This document shows positions 27,614 through 36,600 of a stretch of 51,469 nucleotides of DNA, piece by piece. The DNA comes from Planctomycetota bacterium (GTDB lineage: Bacteria; Planctomycetota; Phycisphaerae; FEN-1346). The notes below the pieces were generated by a model. The model was given only the letters and a program-made list of their open reading frames with translations. It did not search any database and was not told the DNA's origin. Each line of letters begins with the position of its first letter. Position 1 is the stretch's first letter. Position numbers and translations under genes: made by a program. The stretch spans positions 1 to 51,469 of the forward strand of contig VGYT01000002.1 in assembly GCA_016872895.1 (NCBI GenBank), written 5' to 3'.

Positions 27614-27979
27614 ATGCCCGAGCAGCCGGATGTCATCCAGGTCATTGACCGCCAGGGGGTGAAGTTGGTCCGCGTCCGGGCCAGCGCCATCCTGCGCGAG
27701 GCCGAGGTGGACGCCTTCGGCCGGGGGCTGCTGGCGCTCGCGGAACTGCCGGGCCAGCGCGTGGTCCTGAGTTTTCTGGGCGTCGTGCACCTGACGAGCC
27801 TCGTGCTGGGCAAACTTATTCATGTGCACAAGCGCCTGGCAGAGTCGGGCGGCGAACTGCGCCTGGCCGACATCGACCCGCACATCTACGAGGTGTTCGC
27901 CATCACCCACCTGGACCGGCTGTTCAAGATCTTCGACCGCGAGGACGAGGCCATCGCCAGTTTCGAGGCGGAGGCATAG
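27614..27979 (+). CDS. STAS-domain anti-sigma-factor antagonist (SpoIIAA/RsbV-like), copy 1
   Basis: In ORF 27554..27979. ATG 27614 with GGAGG upstream gives MPEQPDVIQVIDRQGVKLVRVRASAILREAE...LSFLGVVHLTSLVLGKL...ELRLADIDPHIYEVFAITHLDRLFKIF. Confidence 0.85.
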   Translation: MPEQPDVIQVIDRQGVKLVRVRASAILREAEVDAFGRGLLALAELPGQRVVLSFLGVVHLTSLVLGKLIHVHKRLAESGGELRLADIDPHIYEVFAITHLDRLFKIFDREDEAIASFEAEA

Positions 27980-27980
27980 C

Positions 27981-28439
27981 GTGCCGGCCCATTCGCGCGA
28001 CACTCCCAGCGCCTATCCCTGGACCGAGAAGGTCCTCCCGACGCACTTGGAGGCCATCCGCGAGGCCGAACCCGACGTGCTCGCCCGCCTGGAGGACATG
28101 GGGTACGACGAGGACTCCCGCTTCGCCGTCCGCCTCGCGCTGGAAGAGGCCCTCGTCAACGCCATGAAGCACGGCAACCGGATGGACCCCGACCGCAGGG
28201 TGCGCCTGGCGTACCGCGTGGCGCCGGACCGCATGGAGATCCGCATCTCGGACGAGGGCGAGGGCTTCAACCCCGTCTGCGTGCCCGACCCGACGACCGA
28301 CGAGAACCTCCAGCGGCCGTGCGGGCGCGGCATAATGCTCATGCGATCCTACATGGATTGCGTGCAATACTCGTGTTGCGGCAAAGAAGTTTACATGCTG
28401 AAATACCGAACGCCCCCGGGCGGGAGGACCACCCCATGA
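27981..28439 (+). CDS. Anti-sigma regulatory Ser/Thr kinase (RsbW/SpoIIAB-like HATPase_c)
   Basis: In ORF 27822..28439. GTG 27981 lies 1 nt after the upstream stop, with GGAGG upstream. N-box EALVNAMKHGN, G1 DEGEGF, G2 GRGIMLM. Confidence 0.8.
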   Translation: MPAHSRDTPSAYPWTEKVLPTHLEAIREAEPDVLARLEDMGYDEDSRFAVRLALEEALVNAMKHGNRMDPDRRVRLAYRVAPDRMEIRISDEGEGFNPVCVPDPTTDENLQRPCGRGIMLMRSYMDCVQYSCCGKEVYMLKYRTPPGGRTTP

Positions 28440-28774
28440 GAATCCAGATGCGAGAGGACCGCGACTGCCAGGTCGCGGCGGTCATCGGCTCGGCCGACGT
28501 CGAAGCCTCGGCCGCCCTCAAGGAGGCGCTCCTGGGGGCCATCGAGGCAGGCGCCACGCGAATCGTCTGCGACCTCAGCCGCACGGACTTCATCTGCTCA
28601 GACGCGCTCGGAGTACTCATCACCGCCTACCTGAAAGCCCGGATGCGCGGCGGGTTCGTACGCCTGGCCGGACCCCAGGACCACCTGCGCGACGTGCTTC
28701 AGACCACGCGCCTGGACCACCTCTTCGACGTGTACCTCGACGTAGGCGGGGCCGTGACGGGCCGCCGATCCTAG
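28436..28774 (+). CDS. STAS-domain anti-sigma-factor antagonist, copy 2
   Basis: In ORF 28319..28774. ATG 28436 overlaps the kinase stop (ATGA), with GGGAGG upstream. DLSRTDFICSDALGVL is the canonical phospho-Ser region. Confidence 0.85.
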   Translation: MRIQMREDRDCQVAAVIGSADVEASAALKEALLGAIEAGATRIVCDLSRTDFICSDALGVLITAYLKARMRGGFVRLAGPQDHLRDVLQTTRLDHLFDVYLDVGGAVTGRRS

Positions 28775-28783
28775 TAATGGACA

Positions 28784-28793
28784 GTTCAAAGTG
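28784..28793 (+). repeat. GTTCAAAGTG post-stop motif (sense to the STAS gene)
   Basis: 10 nt after the stop at 28772-28774. The context GACAGTTCAAAGT is shared as a 13-mer with the copy at 9584-9572 on the minus strand. Confidence 0.8.
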
Positions 28794-28815
28794 TTGGCGG
28801 ATTGCCATTAGTCAT

Positions 28816-28879
28816 TTGTCGCTTGTCGCTTGTCCCTTGTCCCTTGTCCCTCATCCCTCATTCCCGTTGCCCGTTCCGG
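28816..28879. repeat. Degenerating heptanucleotide tandem array
   Basis: TTGTCGC x2, TTGTCCC x3, TCATCCC, TCATTCCC, GTTGCCC, GTTCCGG, read directly in the convergent spacer between 28774 and 28912. Confidence 0.85.
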
Positions 28880-28911
28880 CCGCTGTCCGCCTGCCGGTGC
28901 CGATTGCCGAA

Positions 28912-29589
28912 CTACGATTCTCGATTCCCACCGCCTCCTGCTCCCCGTTCTCTGTTCGCGTCCTCCTTCCAGTGCACGTAGATGACGGCGGCCAGCGACT
29001 CATCGGCGGTGAACTGGCCGTACCCCACCTGGAACACGTACGAGGGGAACCGGCGGATGAGGCGTATGCGGCTGCCGGGCAGGATACCCATGGCCATAAG
29101 TTTCTGGATGTCGCGGCGCTGGCGGGTGCTCAGGTAGGCGACGACCCCCTCGCCGCCGATCGGCCCTTCGGCAAGGGGCCTGACCTCGCGGATGGCGTCG
29201 GCCCGGGCCGACTGGCAGCACAGGCCCGCCGGAATGGGCTTCCCGTGCGGGCACATGCGCGGGTGGCCCAGCAGGCGGCAGATTTTTTCGTCCAGGCCGC
29301 GGCGGATGATATGCTCGAACTGGCATGCGTCTTCTTCAACGTCCTCGCGCGCCACGTCGAGCACGTCCACCAGAAGGCGCTCGGCCAGGCGATGACGGCG
29401 GACGACGTCGCGTGCAGCCGCGCGCCCCGGCTCGGTCAGGCGCAGCCCGCCGCCGCACGCGGCCGTCAGGCCCGCCTCGCACGCCAGGCGCACCGGTTCG
29501 GCCGCGGCGTCGAGCGGCGATGGCCGCCCCTGCTCCACCTCCGACTCGTACAGCGACTCCAGCACCTCTTCAATCCGCGGATCTATCAT
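28912..29589 (-). CDS. DtxR/IdeR-family metal-dependent regulator with a C-terminal FeoA/SH3-like domain
   Basis: 225 aa. ...RRHRLAERLLVDVL...CQFEHI...GHPRMCPHGKPIP (metal-binding/dimerisation region), then GEGVVAYLSTRQRRDIQKLMAMGILPGSRIRLIRRFPSYVFQVG (FeoA-like). Confidence 0.85.
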   Translation of the reverse strand: MIDPRIEEVLESLYESEVEQGRPSPLDAAAEPVRLACEAGLTAACGGGLRLTEPGRAAARDVVRRHRLAERLLVDVLDVAREDVEEDACQFEHIIRRGLDEKICRLLGHPRMCPHGKPIPAGLCCQSARADAIREVRPLAEGPIGGEGVVAYLSTRQRRDIQKLMAMGILPGSRIRLIRRFPSYVFQVGYGQFTADESLAAVIYVHWKEDANRERGAGGGGNRES

Positions 29590-29761
29590 GCCGCCTGGAC
29601 CTCCACCGCCGGATGGCCCGCACCAGCCGCGTCTCTTCCGGCATCTCGTAGCCGCAGTGCGGGCACTTGACCTTGCGGCAGCCGCCCACCAGCGAGCAGC
29701 CCGCGCACGCCGTCCGCGCGGCCGCCTCGCCGAACTCCTTGCCGCAGAACGGGCAGGTCAT
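29570..29761 (-). CDS. Small Cys-rich zinc-ribbon protein translationally coupled to feoB
   Basis: Internal ATG 29761 of ORF 29570..29899 overlaps the feoB stop (ATGA). It gives MTCPFCGKEF...CAGCSLVGGCRKVKCPHCGYEMPEE (63 aa). Its tail overlaps the next gene's start by 20 nt. Confidence 0.55.
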   Translation of the reverse strand: MTCPFCGKEFGEAAARTACAGCSLVGGCRKVKCPHCGYEMPEETRLVRAIRRWRSRRHDRSAD

Positions 29762-31908
29762 AACTGCACTCCGAGCACCGTCAGCGCCAGGTGCGTGGCG
29801 CAGCCGGCGCCGAACGCCACCGCCAGCACAAACGCCGACACCAGCAGCGTCACCCGCAGCCCCCGCTCCTTCTTCATGATGAGGAACTGCGCCACGCACG
29901 GCAGGAAGAGCGTCAGCACAATGGCCGCCACGGCCAACTGGTTGCCCGAAAGCAGGCCCTGCTGATGCACGTCAAAGAGCCCCGCCGCGCCGTAATCGCG
30001 CCGGAAGAAGCCGAACAGGAACGCCACGGCCGTCTCCGGCGGCAGGCCCATCAGACGCAGGACGGGCACCAGCGCCCCCGTAGCCAGGTCGAAGAGGCCC
30101 GTCAGCCGGCCGATCCAGATTATGACGCTCGCCAGCACGAAGAGCGGCAGCACCTCCTTCAGATACCACACCATGCGCGTATATGTTTTCAGGAAGATGT
30201 TCGCCGGCCGCGGCAGCCTGAGCGGCGGCAATTCCATGTAAAACTGCGGGCGCTCGCCCGGCATCACGCGCGCGGCTGCCGCGCCCACCAAGAGGAAGAT
30301 GCCCGTCACCACCCCTGCCCACACGGCCAGCGCCGCCGGCCGGCCCGACAGGAGGCCCAGGATGACGCCCATCTGCGCCGAGCACGGCACAGCCAGCGCC
30401 AGGAGCAAAGTCGCTATCAGCCGCTCGCGCTTCGATTCAAGCGTCCGCGTGACCATCGTGGCCATCGTGTCGCAGCCGAAGCCCAGGACCATCGGGATGA
30501 CCGCACGGCCGTTCAGGCCAATGCGCTTGAAGACCCGGTCAATCAGCATCGCCAGGCGCGGCAGGTAGCCGCTATCTTCCAGGATGGAAAAGGCGATGAA
30601 GAACGTGCCGACGATCGGCAGCACGATGGCCACGGCGTAGCGGATGCCAAGGGTGGTGACTCCGAACTCGCCCGCCACGAGGTCGCGGGCCGCCGCCCAC
30701 GGCAGCGCGCGCTCGGCCGCCGCATTCACCCACGGGTTCACGTAATCCTGGAACCACGATTCCAGGAAATCGACCAGCGTGCCGGCGCCGAAGTCGCCCA
30801 CGAACTTGTAGAGTCCGAAGTACAGGACGAAGGCCAGCAGGGGCAGGCCCGTCAGCGGATTCATGCAGAAACGGCTCAGGCGCTCGCGCAGGCCCGTGCG
30901 CTCCTCGGGCGGCAGTTGAACAGCGCGGGCCAGAATCTCGTCGGCGCACGACTTGCGGGCCATGGCCACCAGGTAATGCAGCGCGTGGCCGGCGGCGCGC
31001 GTGGCGTCGTCGACGATACGGCGGACGCGGGCGGCGACGTCCGGCCCGAGTTCCCGCTGCACGCGTGTGTGCTCTTCCGCGTCGCCCTGAAGGAGCAAGA
31101 GCGCCCGCGCCCGCGCCGAAAAGCCCGGCGCCGCGCCCAGCAGCCGCGCGATGCGGCTGATGGCACCCTCCAGCACCGGGCCGTAATCCACGCGCAGGCA
31201 GGCGCGGGGCGGCCGCGCTTCCGGCAATCGCTCGGCCAGCGCGCCCGGGCCCACGCCCTCGGTGGCCACCGTGGCCGCGACCGGCACGCCGAGCGATTCC
31301 TCCAGGCGAGCCACGTCGACGCGGATTCCCAGTTCAGCCGCCTCGTCCCACATGTTCAGCGCGACGACGACCGGCAGCCCGGCCTCGACTAGTTGTACCG
31401 TCAGGCCGAGCATGCGCTCGACGTTCTTGGCGTCGATTACGTGGATGACGGCGGCGGGCGGCTCGGCCACGAGCGTCGCGCGGGCCACGCGCTCTTCTTC
31501 CGTAATCGGCAGCAGCGAGTACATGCCCGGCGTGTCGATGACTTCCGCCCCGCCCGGCACGCGGCTCGTGCGGCCGCGCGCAAGTTCGACAGTCGTGCCC
31601 GGATAGTTCGAGACGGTGGCGTAGCGGCCGGTGAAGCGGTTGAAGAGCGCGCTCTTGCCGACGTTCGGGCTGCCGATGATAAGGATTCTGCCGGCCGGCG
31701 CAGCGCGCCCCTCGGCCGGCGGCGCGGCTCCCCTCGCCTCGGGCGCGGCCCCATCGGCCGCCTCCGACCCGCCGCGCCAGCGCCGGCGGAACCTCTGAAG
31801 CCATGCAGCGCCTTGCACCGGGCACCCTACGCTTTCCGGCGGCGGCCGCCTGTTTTCGCGGCGCAGCCGGCCGGCCCGTTCTTCATCCGCCGCAGCGCGG
31901 CCGCCCAC
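29758..31908 (-). CDS. feoB: Ferrous iron transporter FeoB (N-terminal G-domain plus polytopic membrane domain)
   Basis: ILIIGSPNVGKSALFNRFTG (G1), NYPGTTVE (G2), DTPG (G3), then about 450 aa of membrane domain. The true start is uncertain. The maximal ORF (GTG 31908) overlaps the upstream regulator by 82 nt, and GTG 31818 after that gene's stop is an alternative. Confidence 0.9.
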   Translation of the reverse strand: MGGRAAADEERAGRLRRENRRPPPESVGCPVQGAAWLQRFRRRWRGGSEAADGAAPEARGAAPPAEGRAAPAGRILIIGSPNVGKSALFNRFTGRYATVSNYPGTTVELARGRTSRVPGGAEVIDTPGMYSLLPITEEERVARATLVAEPPAAVIHVIDAKNVERMLGLTVQLVEAGLPVVVALNMWDEAAELGIRVDVARLEESLGVPVAATVATEGVGPGALAERLPEARPPRACLRVDYGPVLEGAISRIARLLGAAPGFSARARALLLLQGDAEEHTRVQRELGPDVAARVRRIVDDATRAAGHALHYLVAMARKSCADEILARAVQLPPEERTGLRERLSRFCMNPLTGLPLLAFVLYFGLYKFVGDFGAGTLVDFLESWFQDYVNPWVNAAAERALPWAAARDLVAGEFGVTTLGIRYAVAIVLPIVGTFFIAFSILEDSGYLPRLAMLIDRVFKRIGLNGRAVIPMVLGFGCDTMATMVTRTLESKRERLIATLLLALAVPCSAQMGVILGLLSGRPAALAVWAGVVTGIFLLVGAAAARVMPGERPQFYMELPPLRLPRPANIFLKTYTRMVWYLKEVLPLFVLASVIIWIGRLTGLFDLATGALVPVLRLMGLPPETAVAFLFGFFRRDYGAAGLFDVHQQGLLSGNQLAVAAIVLTLFLPCVAQFLIMKKERGLRVTLLVSAFVLAVAFGAGCATHLALTVLGVQL

Positions 31909-32318
31909 CCCGGGTCGGCAGCGCGGCGGCGGTCCAGGAGCTCCACGAACGCGACGAACCTCGCGAGCACGTCGCCCTTGACGGCGTGCTCCATGCGGCA
32001 GCCGACGGACTCGGCCTCGGCCTCCGCCACGCCCAGCACGTCCATCAGGAATCGCTTCAGGACGCGATGGCGGCTGACGAGTTCCCGCCCGGCGGCCTCC
32101 CCCGCCTCCGTGAGCGTCACGAACTGGTACGGGCCGTAGTTTACCAAGCCGCGGCTCGCCAGCGCCTGTACGGCCCCCGTGACGGAGGACTTGCCGACGC
32201 CCACCATGGCGGAGATGTCTTTCACCCGCGCGACGCGCTGACGCTGGACCAGGAAGTAGACGGCCTCAAGGTAGTCCTGGAGGCTTTCGCTCAGAGCCGC
32301 ACGCGAAGCCGCCTTCAT
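31827..32318 (-). CDS. DtxR/MntR-family metal-dependent transcriptional regulator (HTH plus dimerisation domain, no SH3)
   Basis: 163 aa. SESLQDYLEAVYFLVQRQRVARVKDISAMVGVGKSSVTGAVQALASRGLV...VSRHRVLKRFLMDVLGV. GGAGGG lies upstream of ATG 32318. Confidence 0.85.
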   Translation of the reverse strand: MKAASRAALSESLQDYLEAVYFLVQRQRVARVKDISAMVGVGKSSVTGAVQALASRGLVNYGPYQFVTLTEAGEAAGRELVSRHRVLKRFLMDVLGVAEAEAESVGCRMEHAVKGDVLARFVAFVELLDRRRAADPGWAAALRRMKNGPAGCAAKTGGRRRKA

Positions 32319-32377
32319 GGCCGTGCCCTCCCCGACGCCGGCCCACGCGGCCGGCCTTCCCGATGTTCGCAGAACAA

Positions 32378-32406
32378 ATCATAGTTCGGCGCGCCGAACT
32401 TGTCAA
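32378..32406 (-). promoter_or_regulatory. Near-consensus sigma70 promoter whose spacer is an 18-bp perfect palindrome (candidate metal-regulator operator) for the dtxR-feoB operon
   Basis: Reverse strand reads TTGACA-AGTTCGGCGCGCCGAAC-TATGAT (17-nt spacer). AGTTCGGCGCGCCGAACT (32383-32400) is a perfect palindrome, about 60 nt upstream of ATG 32318. Confidence 0.6.
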
Positions 32407-32536
32407 TCGAAAACCGGCACGCCGACCACGACTTGCCTCACGGAAAGTTCAGGACTCACCCGCGCCGGGGAACGGACAGGCGCGCGCCGCCCACGAACCG
32501 TTGCGGGGTTCCGCGACCGATAAGAAACTGCGGCCC

Positions 32537-33571
32537 CTACGGCTTGACGGCCCTGCCCTTCAGGTGCTTGTCGAAGAACGCTGCGGTCATGTCCTCGATT
32601 TCCTGCCCGCGGAAGCCGTGGCCGGCGCCCTTGACGACGTGCAGCGTCACGTCGACGCCGGCCTTCTTCAGGGCCTCGGCTAGGCGGACGCTCTGGTCCA
32701 GCGGTACGACGAAGTCCTGGTCGCCGTGCATGATGAGGATGGGCGGGTCGTCCTTCGAGACATGCGTGATGGGGCTGGCCTTGGCGGCCTTCTCGGCGTT
32801 CTCGGCCACCGGGCCGCCCAGGAGTTGGTACACCGGCCCCTTCATCTGCTCCTGGATGCCCTCGGCCCACTTCGGGATGATCGTGAAGTCGGCCGGGCCG
32901 AAGCAGTCCAGGACAGCCTGGACGCGGCTCGACTGGTCCTGCCATCCGCCCGTGCCTTCGAGGTCCTTGGCGTCGCCGGAGGTGCCGAGGAGCGCCACCA
33001 GGTGCCCGCCCGCCGAGTGACCCCAGACGCCGATGCGATCCGGGTTGATGTTGTACTCCTTCGCCCTGGCCCTGAGGAACCGGATGGCGCATTTACAATC
33101 TTCAATCTGTGCCGGGAACGGCGACTCCTGGCTCAGGCGGTACTCGATGCTGGCGCAGAAGTAGCCCTCCTGGGCGAGGCGGTTGCAGAGAAGGGGCATG
33201 GCGGCCCTCGAGCCGCCTCGCCACGCGCCGCCGTGGATGTACACGACCACGGGCATGGGCTGGGCGGGCGGCTGCTTGGGCCGCAGGATGTCCAGCCGGA
33301 GCGCCCTGCCGCCGCCCTTGCCGTACTCAACGTCGCGGATGTACTCCAGGTCCTCCGGCACCGGACGCGGGCGCGCCGCGGCGGGCGCGGCCGGCTTGGC
33401 GGCCGGGGCCGTCTTCCCCGCCGGCTCGGCCTTGGCGGCGGGCTGCGCCTGGGGAGCGGGCGCCGCCTCCTCGGCCCGCAACGGGGCCAGCGCAGCCGCG
33501 AGCAGCGGCAGCGCTAGGACAAACGAGAACACGGCCGGCCAGGCGAACTTCCGCAGCATGCGTTCCGTCAT
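32537..33571 (-). CDS. Secreted alpha/beta-hydrolase (esterase/lipase type)
   Basis: 344 aa with a signal peptide, an oxyanion HGGAW motif and the nucleophile elbow GHSAGG. AAGGAGG lies upstream of ATG 33571. Confidence 0.85.
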   Translation of the reverse strand: MTERMLRKFAWPAVFSFVLALPLLAAALAPLRAEEAAPAPQAQPAAKAEPAGKTAPAAKPAAPAAARPRPVPEDLEYIRDVEYGKGGGRALRLDILRPKQPPAQPMPVVVYIHGGAWRGGSRAAMPLLCNRLAQEGYFCASIEYRLSQESPFPAQIEDCKCAIRFLRARAKEYNINPDRIGVWGHSAGGHLVALLGTSGDAKDLEGTGGWQDQSSRVQAVLDCFGPADFTIIPKWAEGIQEQMKGPVYQLLGGPVAENAEKAAKASPITHVSKDDPPILIMHGDQDFVVPLDQSVRLAEALKKAGVDVTLHVVKGAGHGFRGQEIEDMTAAFFDKHLKGRAVKP

Positions 33572-33613
33572 GGTCTTGCCTCCTTGCGCCGATGGGCATC
33601 ACAAGAATGACGT

Positions 33614-33632
33614 GCCGGGACTCCGTCCCGGC
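33614..33632 (-). terminator. Stem-loop abutting the stop codon of the 1097-aa gene (weak terminator or attenuator candidate)
   Basis: GCCGGGAC-TCC-GTCCCGGC (8-bp stem) immediately after the TAA at 33633-33635. It is followed on the sense strand by ACGTCATTCTTGTG, with no clean U-tract. Confidence 0.3.
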
Positions 33633-36600
33633 TTACTTGCCGGTTTCCGCCGCCATGGCAACGATGTCTTCGGAGGTAACGACCTTAAGGTTCGCGGCGG
33701 CGCAGACCACCAGTTCTTCGTAGGCACGCCAGATGCGCTCGCGCTGGGACGCGGGGCGCGGGCGCGAGCGGTCCGGCGCGTCCAGCGGAAACGGCGGGTC
33801 ACGCGGCCGGGGCGGGTCGCCCGGCGCATAGTAGAAGGCGCTCCACGAGGTCGGTCCGCTTCGCGCGAAATCATTTTCATGAATCAGGGCCGTGATGAGC
33901 GGCGGACGCGCGGCCTTCCAGGCCGCAAGTTGGCCCTTGAGGCGCCCGGCCGGATCATACTCGGCGGCCTGCGGCGACTCCAGACGGTTCCACCAGAATG
34001 ATTCTTCCGGCTCGCCCGCGAGCGCCCACCGCGTGACGCTGAAGTCGCTCGGCCGCACGAGCAGGCCCTCGACCCGCTCATACGGCCGCTCCGGGTCCGT
34101 CCCGCTCTCATGATATTGAACCACCATGCGCGCCCCCAGGTCGCGGTAAACCGCCAGGGCCGCGCGCCGGATGCGCGGGTCGCGCGTCGGCGCGCCGATG
34201 GCCACCGGCTTCGTGCCGAACACCTGGGCCACCAGCGTATAGCCGCCGGGGCGCGAGCGGTCAAGGTCGCCCGTGGCCGGGTCCATGCGGTACGTCTCGT
34301 AGCCGCGCAGGGCAGTCGCGAGGGCCGCATCGTCCAGGCCCCGCAGCCGCCGCTCGAAGCCGGCGTAGATGGGGTGCGGCGGGCGCACGTGGTAACTGAC
34401 AGTTTGCCGCGTGTCCTTCAGCAGGCGGACGACCTCCGGCCGCTCGGCGGCGTAGCGTTCCACGATTGCCGCCGTGAAATAGAAATCGCCGCGCACGCCG
34501 TGCTTCTGGAAGACGCCGACGGCGCGGCAGACGGTCTCGGCGCTTTCCTCCACGTGGCCGGTATCGTGAACGTTGATGACGAAGGTGATGTAGCCGCGCT
34601 GCGCGGCGGCAGGCGCCTGCTCCTGCGGCACAGCGGCGCCGGCCTGCTTCGCGGCGGCGTCCTGCCGCGCACCGGCCGGCGAGGGCGGCGCCGGCGAGGG
34701 CGGCGCTGGCGAGGATTCCGCCGCGGCGGCGGCGCGCGCGATCTCTCGCACGGTGCGGACGGCGGCCCCCTGCTCCCGTACGAACTTCAGGTGCGCCTCG
34801 ATGAAGTCCGGGGCGAAGGCGAAGTCGGCCTCGTGCGTGACGACGCCGAAGACGTCGCCCGGACGGGCCCGCCCGAACTCAGCCCGGATCATCTCGGCTG
34901 ACACCGGCTGCCGCGGACTCAACAGGTGGTGCCGCAGATGCAGCCTCGCCTTGCCCTTCCAGGTGAACGCCAGCGGCCGCGCGAGGCCGTCGCGGATGCC
35001 ATCCACGTCGTAGATGATTTCCTCCGGGAAGTCCGTTTCGTCCACAATGCTGGCAGGCGAGGCGTCGGGCGGATACGGCGTCGAGGCAACGTCTATGCCG
35101 CAGCAGGCCGTAACGAGCGGCTCCGGCGCGGCCAGTTTGACCACGAGGGCCGTCATGTCGGCCACCGTGCCGCGGTAGCGCGGATGGGACTTCATCTCGT
35201 CGCGGTTCGTGTACCCGCACCAGTCGCCGTGCGGGACGGTGTGATAGTGCAGGGCCACCTCGTGCCCGGCCTTCTGCCACGCCTTGACCTTCTCAAATCT
35301 AGACGTATCGGCACATATATATTCCGCCCACTGGGGGTTGAACATGAGGGTCAGTTTGGCCCCGTAACGGTCGGCGAGTTCCACCAGGCGCACGAGGGCT
35401 GGCCAGTGCTGTTCCTGCCACCGGCCCGCGGACATCCGCCCGCCCGCCTCGCAGTGGATGGCCAGAAACGTCGGCGGGACGGTGCGGCCGGCCGGCGGCG
35501 CAGCAGGCGCCGGCGGCGCCGCCGGGCCGGGGACGGCGGCGGGCGCGCCTGCTCCTGCGGCCGGCGCCGCTGACGGAGCCTCCGCCGCCGCAGGCACCGC
35601 GGCAGGGAACTTCTCGCCGGCGCGCGGGTCAACGCCTGGGTTCGCCTTCTCCCACGCGGCGTAGGCGTCGGCCATCGCGGAGAAGGTGGCCCACCGGACC
35701 TTGCCGGCCTTAAGCAGCGGGCCCACCACCTGCGTGAGCCACTTCTCGATGACGCCGTACGGCTCGCGCGGGCCGCCGCGGAACTCGCCCGGGTGCACGG
35801 TGACGTGGAAGACGCTGACGCGGCCGGGGCGGGCAGCGCGCAGCGAACGCTCCAGGCCGTCGGTCATGGAATCGAAGTATGCGGCGTCGGCCTGCGGCCC
35901 GCGTCCGCGCTTCAGGCCGGCGTAGTCGGCGGTGGGATACGCCCCGACCGGCAGGTAGATGATCTTACCGCCAGGGTCGTGGCGGGCAAAGGCCTCAAGG
36001 TCGTCGGCCGTCGGGCCGCCCGCCGGACGCCACGGCCCCACCGTCATCAGCCGCGCATCCGACTGCTGCACGCGCGGGTTCTTGTGGTCGCTGAAGACGT
36101 CGAGACCGGCCCGCGCGGCCGCATCAAGGACGCCCGCGTACAGGTTTCCGCCGCTCCAGTAACGGATGTGCCGGGCGCCGGCCTTTTTTATCCAGTCGAT
36201 TTCCTCCTTCATGACGGCGGCCCAGGTTTCAACGGGCAGCCGCTCGCAGGCGCGGCCGAGGTGCGCGTCTTCGTGGAAGTGCAGCGCAATCTCGTGGCCG
36301 CGCTGCTCCAGGTCCGCGAGGATTTTCTCGCCCGCCTCGGCGGCCACCCGCGTAAAGGGCGTCTGAACCTGGACGGACAGGCGGCCGCCATGGCGCTCGG
36401 CCATGGCGGCGAGTATCTTCAGATCCTCGACCGTGCGGCGGAAATACGGCGGGTCGTTGTAGTTCGGCGGCGGGAAGCCGCCCTGCCGTCCGGCCGCCGG
36501 AAGGCCGCCCATCGGCCCGGCCGGGCCGAACGCCGGGCTGGGCGGACGGCCCGGCGGCCCTGCCTGCGGGTCGAGCGGGAAGTCAAGCGGCCCGGCCGCG

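Noticed and set aside
28816-28879. Possibility that the short tandem repeats or hairpin clusters are CRISPR arrays
   Set aside because: The units are 7 nt with no unique spacers. The REP clusters are palindromes without regular repeat-spacer periodicity, and there are no cas genes in the window.
29791-31392. 533-aa plus-strand ORF
   Set aside because: Antisense to feoB. It is His/Arg/Gln/Asp-rich and implausible.
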